In this document: positions 1 through 11,279 of the stretch, in pieces | Position numbering within the stretch: the stretch's first letter is position 1 | Layout of the letters: each line of letters starts with the position of its first letter | Assembly (NCBI RefSeq): GCF_022539665.2 | Contig: NC_081333.1 | Span: forward strand, 7,006,001 to 7,070,000 | DNA: 64,000 nt | Source: Daphnia carinata | Taxonomy: Eukaryota | Reading direction: 5' to 3' | The notes under the pieces: model-generated | What the model was told of the DNA's origin: nothing | Seen by the model: the letters and a program-made list of their open reading frames with translations, nothing else | Databases searched by the model: none | Program-made: the position numbers and the translations under genes

Positions 1-973
1 ACTCAGGAGCCTTAGTGGTGTAGTATTTCGGAGCATCAGTCTGGTAATACTTGGGAGCTGCAGTGTAGTAAACCGGGGCAGTGTATGTTGTGGTGTAGTA
101 TTCAGCCCTCTGTGTGTAATACCCCGGGGCTTTAGTCGTGTAGTATTCAGCAGACTTTGTGCTGTAGTATTGAGGAGCTTCAGTGTAGTAAACCGGAGCA
201 GCATACGTTGTTGTGGATTGTGGAGCCTCAGTCTGGTAGTAGCTTAGGGCTGAGTAATACTTGGTAGCTTCGGTGTAGTAAGCTGGAGCGGCGTATGTTG
301 TGGTGTAGTACTTGGGCTCCTCGGTATAATAGCTTGGCGCAGTATATGTTGTGTACTCTGGAGCCTTTGTAGTGTAGTACTGCGGAGTCTCAGTGTAATA
401 GGCTGGAACGGCGTAAGTTGTGGTGTAATACTCAGGGGCCTTTGTGGCATAGTAGGCGGGAGCTTCGGTGTAGTAGCTTGGAGTGGCGTACGTTGTTGTG
501 TAATACACTGGCGCCTCTGTGTAATAGCTCGGTGCAGGGTAGTACTCGGGCGCCTTTGTGGTGTAGTATGTTGGAGCTGCATACGTGGTGGTGTAGTACT
601 CGGGCGCCTTTGTGGTGTAGTATGTTGGAGCTGCATACGTAGTGGTGTAGTACTCGGGCACCTTTGTGGCGTAGTAAGAGGGGGCTACATACGTCGTGGT
701 GTAATAAGGCGGCGGAGTGGTGTAGTATGCAGAAGAAGACGAACCCATTGGTCCACCCATTGCCTGTCCAGCCATCAGAGAGACAACGGCCAACAGCAGC
801 ATCGCGGCGTAGTTAGCTGAAATAGTAATAGATAGTGCATACACATAAATTTCTTGCCCAAATGGAATACAGTGCAAATGCACACAAATTTATTACAATT
901 TATTGAAAAGAAAATTAAGCACAGGTTTAATTCCTACGACTATATTGTAAAATTCAATACTAAAATTACCCAT
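1..973 (-). CDS. Secreted Tyr/Thr/Pro/Ala-rich repeat protein (YYTTTYAAPxYY family, extensin-like composition), 3' end outside window
   Basis: ATG+G at 973-970, GT-AG intron 969-817, exon 2 from 816 open to base 1. Reads MANYAAMLLLAVVSLMAGQAMGGPMGSSSSAYYTTPPPYYTTTYVAPSYYATKVPEYYTTTYAAPTYYTTKAPE..., a signal peptide followed by repeats. Absent from the ORF track because there is no stop in the window. Confidence 0.88.
541..660. repeat. 54-bp coding tandem repeat (YYTTTYAAPTYYTTKAPE units)
   Basis: agtactcgggcgcctttgtggtgtagtatgttggagctgcatacgt recurs at 541 and 595, with a third partial copy at 649. Confidence 0.9.
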
Positions 974-1057
974 AATTACAAAGCTGAAAAACACGATGAG
1001 AAGTACAACCGATGGAAATTGTAGTACTGCTGTTGCTGTGTCCAAGTAGTTGACTAC

Positions 1058-1185
1058 ACTGAATCAAAACACGTTTATCCTCTCATTTTATACGCGCCCA
1101 AAGCCACCCTGTTTCGATTCATTAGCCCTGCGGTTACGACAGGTGCACCTGGCAGGTAGTGACGTAACAGCTAATATTCTTACCC
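1058..1185 (-). promoter_or_regulatory. TATA/Inr core promoter plus bZIP-like site of the Tyr-rich gene
   Basis: TATAAAA at 1092-1086 and TCAGT Inr at 1062-1058 (about 30 nt apart). TGACGTAA at 1160-1167. The block is conserved in the paralogue. Confidence 0.7.
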
Positions 1186-2943
1186 ACCTTTTCAGCTTGG
1201 CGTTATTGTTGCTATGACACGCGCTAAAGGGGCGTATTGTTCGTGAATTAACACTATATGCTTATTCTATGCGGAATACAATAAAAACATCAACATTAAT
1301 TTCTCCTTAAGGCATTATACACAAGATAATTGTAAATTTCTTGTTCCAACAGAATTACCTTTAAAACAAGTTGAACGCTTATTTCATTAAGCCCGTGTTG
1401 CATGATGTGTTCTCTCACTGAAGATCACTCCCTCACTCAGGAGAAAAACGAAAGAAAAGCGGAAGTATATATCATATATAGAACCCAATCTTATACGCAT
1501 ATGCCCTGGTAAACTAACGTTCAAAAATTCCTTTGTGGAATATTCATGGTGCCAACAGAGTGTACGGCAAATACGAACAAACATTTTTCTACTAGGCTCG
1601 ATAAGCCCTGGGAATGTGGCATAGGTCATTGTTGTCAAAAGCGGAAATTTAGAAAGCTGGATCATTGAAGTATTATGGCCCACTAGACGCCATGAGCTAC
1701 ATACAGGGCTACGTATACGTGTATGCGAATGCCAAAAATAAATAATGACAAACCTAGATGGGCTCCAACTTACTTTCCCTTCACAACTAGAATAGCACCA
1801 AGCCAATGCATGAACGCATTAGTGCCAAAATCGGCCGCAAGGTGATATGGAGTATTCTTGCATGTCATTAACGGTGCGTGATGCCACGCCCTAATTCGTG
1901 AGTGCTACATAATAATTGAAAATTTTAAACATTTACTTAAGTGTTTTGTTTTATAATTAACTTGGATGTTATTTATCACCATTTTCTGGATACAGTTCAT
2001 TTATTACATTGTGCAATAGTTTCACTGAATTTAAATGAGAATTAGTTTAAGACGGAAAATGCCCGCTTGTGTTATCAACATGGTTTGGGGTAGTTATTCA
2101 CGGTATATAAGAGTTGGGTGAACATTTTAACGTAGCGGCACTTGAACAATGACTGGGTATGGCACCCTCTCAATGTTGGGAACTAGTACCAAGAGTCTGT
2201 AAGCAATTACAACTCGAAACGTCAAGCGTTGGTATGGGATTGGCCCCCCAATCCAATGCAAAACTGAATAGAGATGTAAGAGCTATCAGCTGATGCGAGA
2301 TGGGGATCATATAGTACAGCAATATGATCTCCATCGGGGCAGGTCTGGAGGATACTAGTATGTCAGTCAAGTGCTTAGCGCAACCTTTTTGCCTATTTTC
2401 CCTAAAACTAAAATCAAAACTGGCGAACCGAAACTGATATCTCTGCCGAATATTAGGCATATTTATTTAAGCGATGAAAAAAGAATTTCGCCATACACTG
2501 CTATTCAATCATGAAACGGGAAAGATAAATGGATTTTAACCGTGACAACTGAACAATGACAATGCTCTAACGCAATAAATCAATGCGACTTCGTGCTAGA
2601 CAATAACATATAAAGTCACGGTAAATTTACAAATACGCAATGATATAGTTCTTACTAATACGTCTTAATGCATAATTGTGTTTTAGAAATTACAATGTTG
2701 TACGAACACAAATTTAAATCGCGTCATCCGCTTTATGTGATAAAGAATATAGACAAGTGGATTCGGTAACGACATTATGGCTGTATTCAACATCTCATTT
2801 AGAAACAACATACGTATGCAACGGCTAGTTATAGATAAATACATGGAAGGGTAATAATTCATCTTGGAACGGGGACAGCAAATAATAAAACAAGATCTAA
2901 CCATCCCGTCATCAAGCTTGATGGACAGCACAATTTTTACAAT

Positions 2944-3596
2944 TAATAATCCTTTGGTCGCTCAGCGTAATAGCTGAGAGTGGCGTACGTTGTTGTGTAA
3001 TCAGCTGGAGCCTCGGTGTAGTACCTGGGAGCGGCGTATAAGTGGTAATGTAGTACTCTGGCGCTTTTGTGGTGTAGTAAGGCGGGGCAGCATAAGTTGT
3101 GGTGTAGTAGCTAGGTTCTACGTAGTACGAAGGGGCAACCGCTGTGTAGTAACTTGGAGCAGCGTAGGATTTTGGAGCTTCAGCGTAATAAGACGGCGCA
3201 GCTGCGATGTAGTATGTTGGAGTGGCGTACGTTGTTGTGTAAATACATTAGCGCCTCTGCGTAATAGCTTGCTGCGGCGTAGTATTTCGGGGCCTCCGAG
3301 TAGTAAGTAGGAGCCGCATATGTTGTGGTGTAGTACTCCCGACTTTGTACTGTAGTAAGTGGGGGCTGTATACGTCGTGGTGTAGTACGGCGCAGCACTT
3401 CAACTCTAATATAGATAACTACCATAGTTAGAAGCTGGTGAATCCCATTGGCACACCAATGAAACATTGCAAACAAATGTAGAGAATGAAGTTTGAAAAT
3501 TTCATTCCAACAATTCATTTAGGAAAATTAATCACTGAACCCTTGCATTACATCAACATCAATTTCTATTCTAATTAAACGTTATACTTTACCCAT
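2944..3596 (-). pseudogene. Frameshifted paralogue of the Tyr-rich repeat gene
   Basis: Same ATG-G|gt first exon (3596-3593), a GVPMG remnant near 3445-3458, and YYTTTYAAP-type repeats at 2944-3395 broken by several 1-nt indels (about 3340, 3242, 3037). No intact signal-peptide exon is visible. Confidence 0.75.
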
Positions 3597-3649
3597 TGTT
3601 GCACGACGAACTGTAGCTGCTGATGCTACGTCAAAGATGAACACTCGAC

Positions 3650-3765
3650 TGATTGTAGTTGGCTCTGCTGTACCATTTTATACGATTTGATGTCACCCTG
3701 ATGTTGCTCGCCATACCCAGCGAGTGTACCATTACATCATGACGTAACCATCAATATTCTTACCC
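3650..3765 (-). promoter_or_regulatory. Retained promoter of the paralogue
   Basis: TATAAAA at 3682-3676 and TGACGTAAC..AATATTCTTACCC at 3740-3765, matching 1086-1185. Confidence 0.6.
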
Positions 3766-4636
3766 TTTCCTTTTTTTGCGCCCCACACAGCGTGAAGTTG
3801 AATGTCAGGCAAGGGCATTTCTATGTTCCTGAATACTGAATGAACATAAATGAAAACACTTCTTGGAATTACAATTTAAAAGGAGAGGTAACATAAACCT
3901 GAAGGTCGATGGCTTTTGGAACATTTCAGCATAATCGGAGCAAATGCGAATTTCACCCTAATTGATCTACCCATAAGCAGTGACCTCGAATACATCAATG
4001 TCCTCAAGCAATTCAATTTAAAAAAAAATCAAAAAAAAATTTCGCTATTCCGATCAGTAGTTCACTCACTTGCATGGTGCACACTAGTGTAGATAGATCT
4101 CTCCGGGTGTTTTGTGTAGTGTTTCACGCCTTCTCAATCACGCTCACACAACCAAAGCCTCATATACGCACCGGGTTTTGACTTTGCACGGATGTATTTA
4201 GTCTAGTTAGCTTAAGATGGATTAGAAAAAAACGATGATTAAGGCACAATCATCGTCACACGGGTTACTTTTGCACTACACTCCCTCCATGCAATGCACT
4301 CTGTATATTTCCCACCTTTTCCGTTTGCAATTTGCACACCAACTGGCAATCAAACCTCTCAGCACAATATGCAAACACACTACTAACATTAACAACCCAA
4401 CAACTTCCCTAACCTGTTCATCATTAACGATAAATTTTATTTCAGGACCTATCTCAAAAATGGTTTGTCATTCGTGTACTTGATATGTGCTAGCGTTAAG
4501 CAGACAGGTGTTGTTATTTGATTAATCAAAAGCAATTCTTTGTTCTTTTTTTTTATTTTGTTCTCGATGAATTAGGAGGGCAATCTCTGGCGTCACTGTG
4601 GACCGCGGGACACCGAGGATCGGCGACACCAAAAAT

Positions 4637-4904
4637 AGGTATCAGTGATAAGTTAAAGTGTACTAACTGTGTTTTTTTGTATTTTATGTAATCTAGATTG
4701 GCCGGCCAAAGGACCGAAAAGGCCCAACGAGGATCGTCGTGGGAGCTTCAAGATCGCCGTGGGATCGTCGCCATAAAAGGTATCAGTGATAAATTATTAA
4801 AGTGTACTAACTGTGTTTTTTTTTTGTCTTTTATGTATCTAGATTGGCCGGCCAAAGGACCGAAAACGTCCAACGAGGATCGTCGTGGGAGCGACAAGAT
4901 CGCC
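4637..4904 (+). repeat. Tandem duplication of about 140 bp (intron-like plus exon-like unit)
   Basis: aggtatcagtgataa...gtgtactaactgtgttttt...tctagattggccggccaaaggaccgaaaa...caacgaggatcgtcgtgggagc...caagatcgcc occurs at about 4637-4758 and 4778-4904. Confidence 0.9.
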
Positions 4905-5537
4905 TTAGTTAATTCATACACTGACCGAAAAAAAATTTTAAAGCCCCGACTAAATAAGCCCGACTTTTCTCGGTCGGGCTTAAAAAAATTTTCTGCAAAA
5001 ACTGACGCTCATCGGAATTGGTTGAATATCACAGAATATACTCAAAATTGAATACTGACTCCGAGAAAATGGCTATTTTTTTCATTAAGCCAACCATTTT
5101 GGAAATACACTGACTATTTCTGCTGCAGAGCGCTATCACTGAAGCGTACTGGCGCGCTAGCATTGTATAAAATATTCAATGTATTTAAAAGCGACTAACT
5201 TAATCAAGAAATAGCAATTTTCTCGTGCATTACAATCATATCTGTCTTTAAATACATTTAAAATTAAAAGATGTTTCTCCTGTTTTTATAGCTTAATTTA
5301 AAGCATAGCAACCACGATACCTTTTGTGGCAATAAGGGAAGTCAAGCCTTGGAAATTACCCTGCCTTAAGCGCTGCCATCTATTGAAGCTAAATGCCAAC
5401 TTTATTGCTTTAAGTTATATATCGTCTGCTAGACTTGCAAATTTTTAATGAAAAAATTTAGATTAAATTGTTTTTACAGTTCAAGAAACTTACTGCATAT
5501 TGTTCAAGAGAAAAAGCATCATCGGTTTGAATTTAGA

Positions 5538-6655
5538 ATGGATAACGACGAGAAAAAAATTGAAAGTGTTGTTTTTAAACCAATCGGTCAGTGGGTCATA
5601 CAGTAAAATTAACAACATGTCATTAAATATTTTCCTCTTTTAATGTCATGTACAGGGTACGCTTCCACATGGTTCAAATTTAAAAATGCAACCCCACGGC
5701 AACCTTCCGTTTCTGCGTTAACGAGAGGTTCAATTAAAATATCAACAGAAGTGTTTAGTCAGCCACAGCATTCCCTGAAAAATCTTGCTGAGTTTTCACA
5801 TGTCTGGTATTGTATTGCGTTTAAACACTTTATCCTCTTTAGACTTTCTAAATAACCAACTATGATGCTTACAGGATTATTTTTTTATTTCACAAAAATG
5901 GTCGTCCATTCACAAAAACAATGGTAGCCCCACCTCGACTTGGTGGTGCAAGAGTTGGTCTGTTCTCAACTCGGTAGGAAATCTGAATAATATTTTAAGT
6001 ATGCTATGTTTGAGTTTACGCTTACTGTTTATTTAGATCACCTCACCGACCAAATCCGATTGGACTTACGTTAGCAAAGTTAGAAAAAGTTGAGGGAGAC
6101 ACTATTCATCTTTGTGGCTTAGACCTGTTAGATGGTACACCTATTATAGATATTAAACCATATATCACTTCTTATGACCACCCACAAGACATCGAAAAAA
6201 ATGATTCAGATGAGTCTCATCCAGATTCAGCATCAGTCCCACCCACCACAATATCCAATCCTGAATGGATCACATTAGGTAGTTCAGAGAAAACTTTGAA
6301 TGTTGCCTTCACACAAGACGCCCTTTCCCAAATACGGCAATTTTCACCTGATGCGGAAGATCCCGCTTATCGGTTGTCTTTTTTGAAATCTCCCGAAGAG
6401 GCGCAAAAGGCCATCGAAGACATTTTGAGAGAAGATCCCAGATCAATTTATAGGAAGATGAAGGGTCAAGATCTTCTGTACTTCTGTGTAGTAGATTGCA
6501 TGCATGTGACAACCTGGTTTGACGAAGTTATAAAAAAATGTGAAGTGTTAAGGGTCATGCCTTACTCAGCAAGACAAGCTATGATTGAGGCAAACAAAAA
6601 GCAACAGTGGGACAATAATCTGGCAAAAATTGAAGATAAAATGAAAGTGATGTAA
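5538..6655 (+). CDS. TRMO: tRNA (adenine(37)-N6)-methyltransferase, TsaA/TrmO family
   Basis: Spliced product has FKPIG|YASTWF..KNATPRQP, FSHVW|IIFLFHKN, VAPPRLGGARVGLFSTR|SPHRPNPIGLTLAKL and GLDLLDGTPIIDIKPYI, with GT-AG introns. Stop at 6655, AATAAA at 6676. Confidence 0.93.
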
Positions 6656-6760
6656 TAACGTAGGTTGTTAATGAGAATAAACGGTGCAAACACTATGTTG
6701 TGGACAGAATACATTTTAACTAAACAAGCACCACAGACAACAATGACATCTGAAACGTGA

Positions 6761-8671
6761 TTAGTAATATGCTCGGCGTGGGTTGTTGAGAGGGTTGGGT
6801 CGAAAGCGGTACGCTAACATCATCCTTTTGCGGTACGCGTCGTATTCATTATCATTGCTCGTCAAATCTTCTGGTTTAATCGCTCCTAAACCTTGAGCTT
6901 CGTTACGTCGAGTAGCGTTAACCGGGGCGGTAATACCGGAACCAGCAATTCCAAGACCTTCACCCTCAGTCCATCCAAACTTTTTTAACATTTGGTAACC
7001 GACGTTATCCTCGGCGATCTTGAACTCTTTGTAATCAGACTCGTCAATAGTTCGCCCCTCTTGTACTGCTTGAAATTTTTCCATAAACTTTGCCAGCTCT
7101 TCAGGTGGCAAGAAGTCTCTGTAGCGTGATAAGGGCAGTTACGACGAGTCCAACAAATGGATTTGAGAACCTTGACATTATTTACCCAAGATGATGCTTC
7201 CCTCGACCACCTTCGGTCAATTGATCAGCTCGATCTTTTGTCTTCTCCATTTCTGCCTTGCGTCTTTTATGTTCCCAAGTTCCTCCTTCGGTTTCTTCGT
7301 CACTGTCATACTCATACCGCACTTTTCCTACTTGTGCAAGTCTATCTCTTTCTTGCTTTTTCTTCAGCATTTCTTGGTAGACATATTGCATCTGCGGCAT
7401 AAATAAGACAAATAACTGAGGTGATAAAAACAGTTTCATAGGTTTCTCATACCTTTACTTGATCCATGCATTGTTTCCACTGATCTTCCGTTAGATCAGT
7501 TGTTCCGAATACTCTGACAGCGTAAGTGAGGATCTGAGGGTCAGCAGAAGTGATGCGAGATAAAAATGAACTGCGACCTAAAACGGTCTGGTTGCCCATA
7601 GAAGGACCGGCAAATCCCAGGTGCACACTTGAATTCGGTGCAGAATTCATGGCAAGAGCTGGTTCTATTTTCACTTCTTGCGGTCCCCAACGGCTCTGCC
7701 TTTTTCGCTCCTTTTCCTTGAATTTACTGTTCTCTGACTCTTCAGCTTCTTCCTTGAACTTTCGTTTGTAATCTAGTCCTCTAGTGAATGGTAATAATTT
7801 ATTAGTTAATAATATGATGAAGTAATGTCTTAATTTATGCAAGTGATATGTTTCTTGGCAGATCAAGAAAACCTTTGAGAGAAATTTCCCGAATCCTCGA
7901 ATGTGGATGAATTCGACGGCCCTGGCTGATGGTAGTCTAATTGAGAAACTAGGAAACCCATGAGTACCGCTCTGGTGTAAAGATCCCAGTCCAGCACTTT
8001 TGCTCCCTTGCCCAAATGCAAGAACAAGTGCTCCACTCACCCTTATTGAAGTATGGCAGGTCATCCTCATCCTCACATGGTCTTGAAGGTGAATATGGGG
8101 ATGGTGAGCGGTTTTCTCTTTTCACCTCTTCCTTGATTTTCATTGGAGGTGGTGCACTTAGGTAAGATTGTGGTGGTGGATGCTGAACATAATACAGATT
8201 TGATAATGTATGAGGTGGTGGGACTGACACATCAACTGGGGGAGGACAAGTATAATCCATTTGAGGAGTCTGAGACTCTGCAGTAGCATTAACTGAAATG
8301 TTAGATTTAGCATTTTGCTGCTGCATTTGCCTGAACTTCTCAAGAAAACTCCCATCATTTTCAAATGGTAATACTGGTGCTTTTGTTGGTAACCTTCAGA
8401 AATGTTAGGTAGCAATCAAGAATTACCAAAAAACTAATTATTGTGATTACTGCACGGCTTCTTCTGTTCCAGTTGGGGTGACATCCTGGGTCTCTACTTT
8501 GGGTTCTACATTTACCTCCTTCTGGGGCTGTTGCTGTTGAGCCAGTTTTTCCTCAATTTCTTTCTTTTTCTGGGCAATTAAGGCGGCCTGAGAATTCATG
8601 AACTGCAATCTTAATTCTCTGGCATTTTTTCTAACATTCTTAAAGTTTCCAGATCCTCTTGGAGAAGACAT
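6761..8671 (-). CDS. SUGP1: SUGP1/SF4 G-patch splicing factor
   Basis: N-terminal [10 protein letters not shown] and NDGSFL motifs, [22 protein letters not shown], a G-patch ([19 protein letters not shown]) and the diagnostic C-terminus [24 protein letters not shown]. Confidence 0.93.
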
Positions 8672-9071
8672 TTTTGGACAAAAGTCTCCTCCAGCAAGCT
8701 TCCTTTTATCAGTGCGGATTAAACACAACAAAGGTCTAAACAGCATCTGCCTTCCCTGTCTTTCTTGGGAATTTCAGGGAAAATATGTAGCCTGGTTTTA
8801 CGTCCAGGGCGTAATGTAATTTCACGCGACAATTATGAAAGCGCTGTATTTTTTAAATCCTAGCATCCCAACCCACATAGTGCTTTTCGGTTTTTGCTTT
8901 TGTATGAAAAATTGCAAGGAAAAATGCACCGTCGTTTAAACAGAGTCGTGCTGTTCAGGAGCACTTCATGTTTGTTAGTCTGCAATTAAGATTTTGAAAT
9001 AGTAAACTTAATAAATATCCATTATTTGCGTAATTGTCACATCCGATCCTTAATATTTGTCATTTATCGAG

Positions 9072-10043
9072 ATGGAAGAAAATAATTTTTTACTCTTTAA
9101 ACGGGATGACCAGGTATATCTACTACACCTAATGTAGTTAGCTATAGTTTTCGTTACGCAATACCGATAATTTATTTTTATACGTTTAGGGTCAAGATTC
9201 TCACGAGGACGTGTGGGATGATACAGCTTTGATACAAGCATATGATCGAGCTGTAAATTTAGCTAAGGAAAGGGTTGCGTCGCAATTGAGCCTGGAAGAT
9301 GGAAACCCCAAAAGCACAACAAGTGATGTTTCAGATGAAGAACAATCAGAGTCTCCATCAAAATCAACAAAAAAGTGGAATTGGGGGGTTGGGGAAGATG
9401 TTCGATCAGTTTACTCTGAAGATGGTAAAGAATATGAAGCCACTATTATGAAAATCAATCAAACTGACTCGTCGTGCTTGATAAAATACCTAGGTTTTTA
9501 TTTAAACAATTTTTGTACTTGAATTTCATTTACTCCCCAAGTTTTAATTGTTTATATTACTAGGCTATGAAAATGAAGAAGTTGTTTTCCTAAGGGATCT
9601 GAAACCATCAGCTGGTGTTGCTGCTAGAAAACAACAAATTATTGCTTCTCGTGATTACTGGCTTACTGCACCAGAGAGTTCCAGTGACATGGAACAGGAG
9701 TGTGAGGTCTTACAGCCCCCCTTGAAACCTCAACCAATGGCTGGATTAGGCTGGCAACCTGCAAAGCCAGAACCTTCTCCAAAATTTCCTGGTATGAGTA
9801 ATATGTCTTCTATACCACCACCTCCACCTCCAACAGCCTGGCCCACTCATGGTACAGCAGAAATGGATTCTGATTCTTTGTATTCTATGCTGATGTCATG
9901 GTACATGGCAGGATATCACACAGGTTGACGATAGTTTTCTAAGATGACCAAGCTCCTTATTAACGTTGTATTGTCGTCTTGCAGGCTATTATCAAGGTGT
10001 CCAGCAGAGGAACAAGAGGAAAGCAAACGGTAATGGCACTTAA
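9072..10043 (+). CDS. SMN: Survival motor neuron protein
   Basis: WDDTALIQAYDRAV Gemin2-binding motif, Tudor domain (VYSEDGKEYEATI...KYLGYENEE), poly-Pro, and YG box SMLMSWYMAGYHTG|YYQG. TAA at 10041-10043. Confidence 0.96.
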
Positions 10044-11279
10044 TGAATTCTAAACAAACAAGGTATGATACAATATATCCACGTTTTGCAAGATGCAGTT
10101 TTGAATTATTTTTTATATTTTTAGTGCTTCGCATATGTTCATTTTTACCCGGGCTTTTTGCACTTAAGCTTTAGTATGAAGGTTGAAAAGAGAGTGAAGC
10201 GCAAAAAGACATTTGATATGTCCAATAGATTGTCTGCCTTTTCTGGGCTATCTGCGAGTGACAGGCCATTTGTCTTTCTTTCGACGCACTGCATGATAAC
10301 AGAGGTGGAGCAAGGGGTGGGGTAGTCTCCTTCTTTCTCATAATTATCTTTAAAAAAAAAAAAATACCGCGCTATTGCTCGCAACCTGGGTGCCTTCGAT
10401 GAGGCTAAGCTCTTTGACAGGGAAATTCGGCCAAAGTGAAAATAGATCAATTCAGTCAAACCGATGGTGGGCTTCCATGTTCACTATTTTGTTGTCTCCC
10501 GATACCTTTGCCAAAACATCGTTCAAATATTGTTCCCCATAGTACAGCTTCTTTCATACATGGCCACTTTTATAGGACGGATGACTTGAGAAATTTATCC
10601 GGGTGGGGAAGAAAGATACCGGAAAGCAGCGCGGTTCCATCACTTTTTTTTTGTTATCTTTTCATTCTTGCAAATCGGATTACACACGGACGCGCACATG
10701 ATTAATAAGAAACACGCAAGTCTTTTTCAATATTATATATACACAGGAAAGGGGCATACTCATAGTCATGAAGAGGAGCAAGCAAACGTCTATCGATCTG
10801 AAAGAAATGGATATACCGTAGTTTAAAAAGTATGGAGATGAAATAACAAGATTATTGGGTTTATCAAAAGATTGGGGAAAACGACAACACATAGTGGGAT
10901 GGGCAATAAAGTACATACACACGGATGTGTGTATAGAACAGATGAATTGATAATATAGGCTGTATATGTATACTGTGCAATGGAAAAAAAAAACATTTTT
11001 GTAAATTTTTCTCTTTTTTTCAATTTAAGTTATTGAATTATTCAGTTGATCGTGTAGCATCATGGACATGGGAGTAGATATTCTCAAAAGAGAGAATCTC
11101 TTTTGAACAGGTAGGAAAACTAGCCTTACATGATCTGACTAGAAAAACAAAAGCAATCAACCTGAAGTCATTTTTTGTTTCCAAGATGACCACGAATGAT
11201 GCCTAAAACAAGATGAGTCATTTTGTTATTCAATATTAATTACATTCATTATTAGTTTTTTAGATTTCCAAAACGATGA

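Noticed and set aside
244..642. ORFs 244-636 (-) and 418-642 (+)
   Set aside because: Alternative-frame and antisense shadows of the Tyr-rich repeat gene.
1387..2460. ORFs of 139 aa and 96 aa between the paralogues
   Set aside because: No recognisable motifs. Some splice-like signals exist but no consistent spliced frame.
4637..4904. CRISPR-like reading of the direct repeats
   Set aside because: Only two long units, no spacer periodicity, eukaryotic context and no cas genes.
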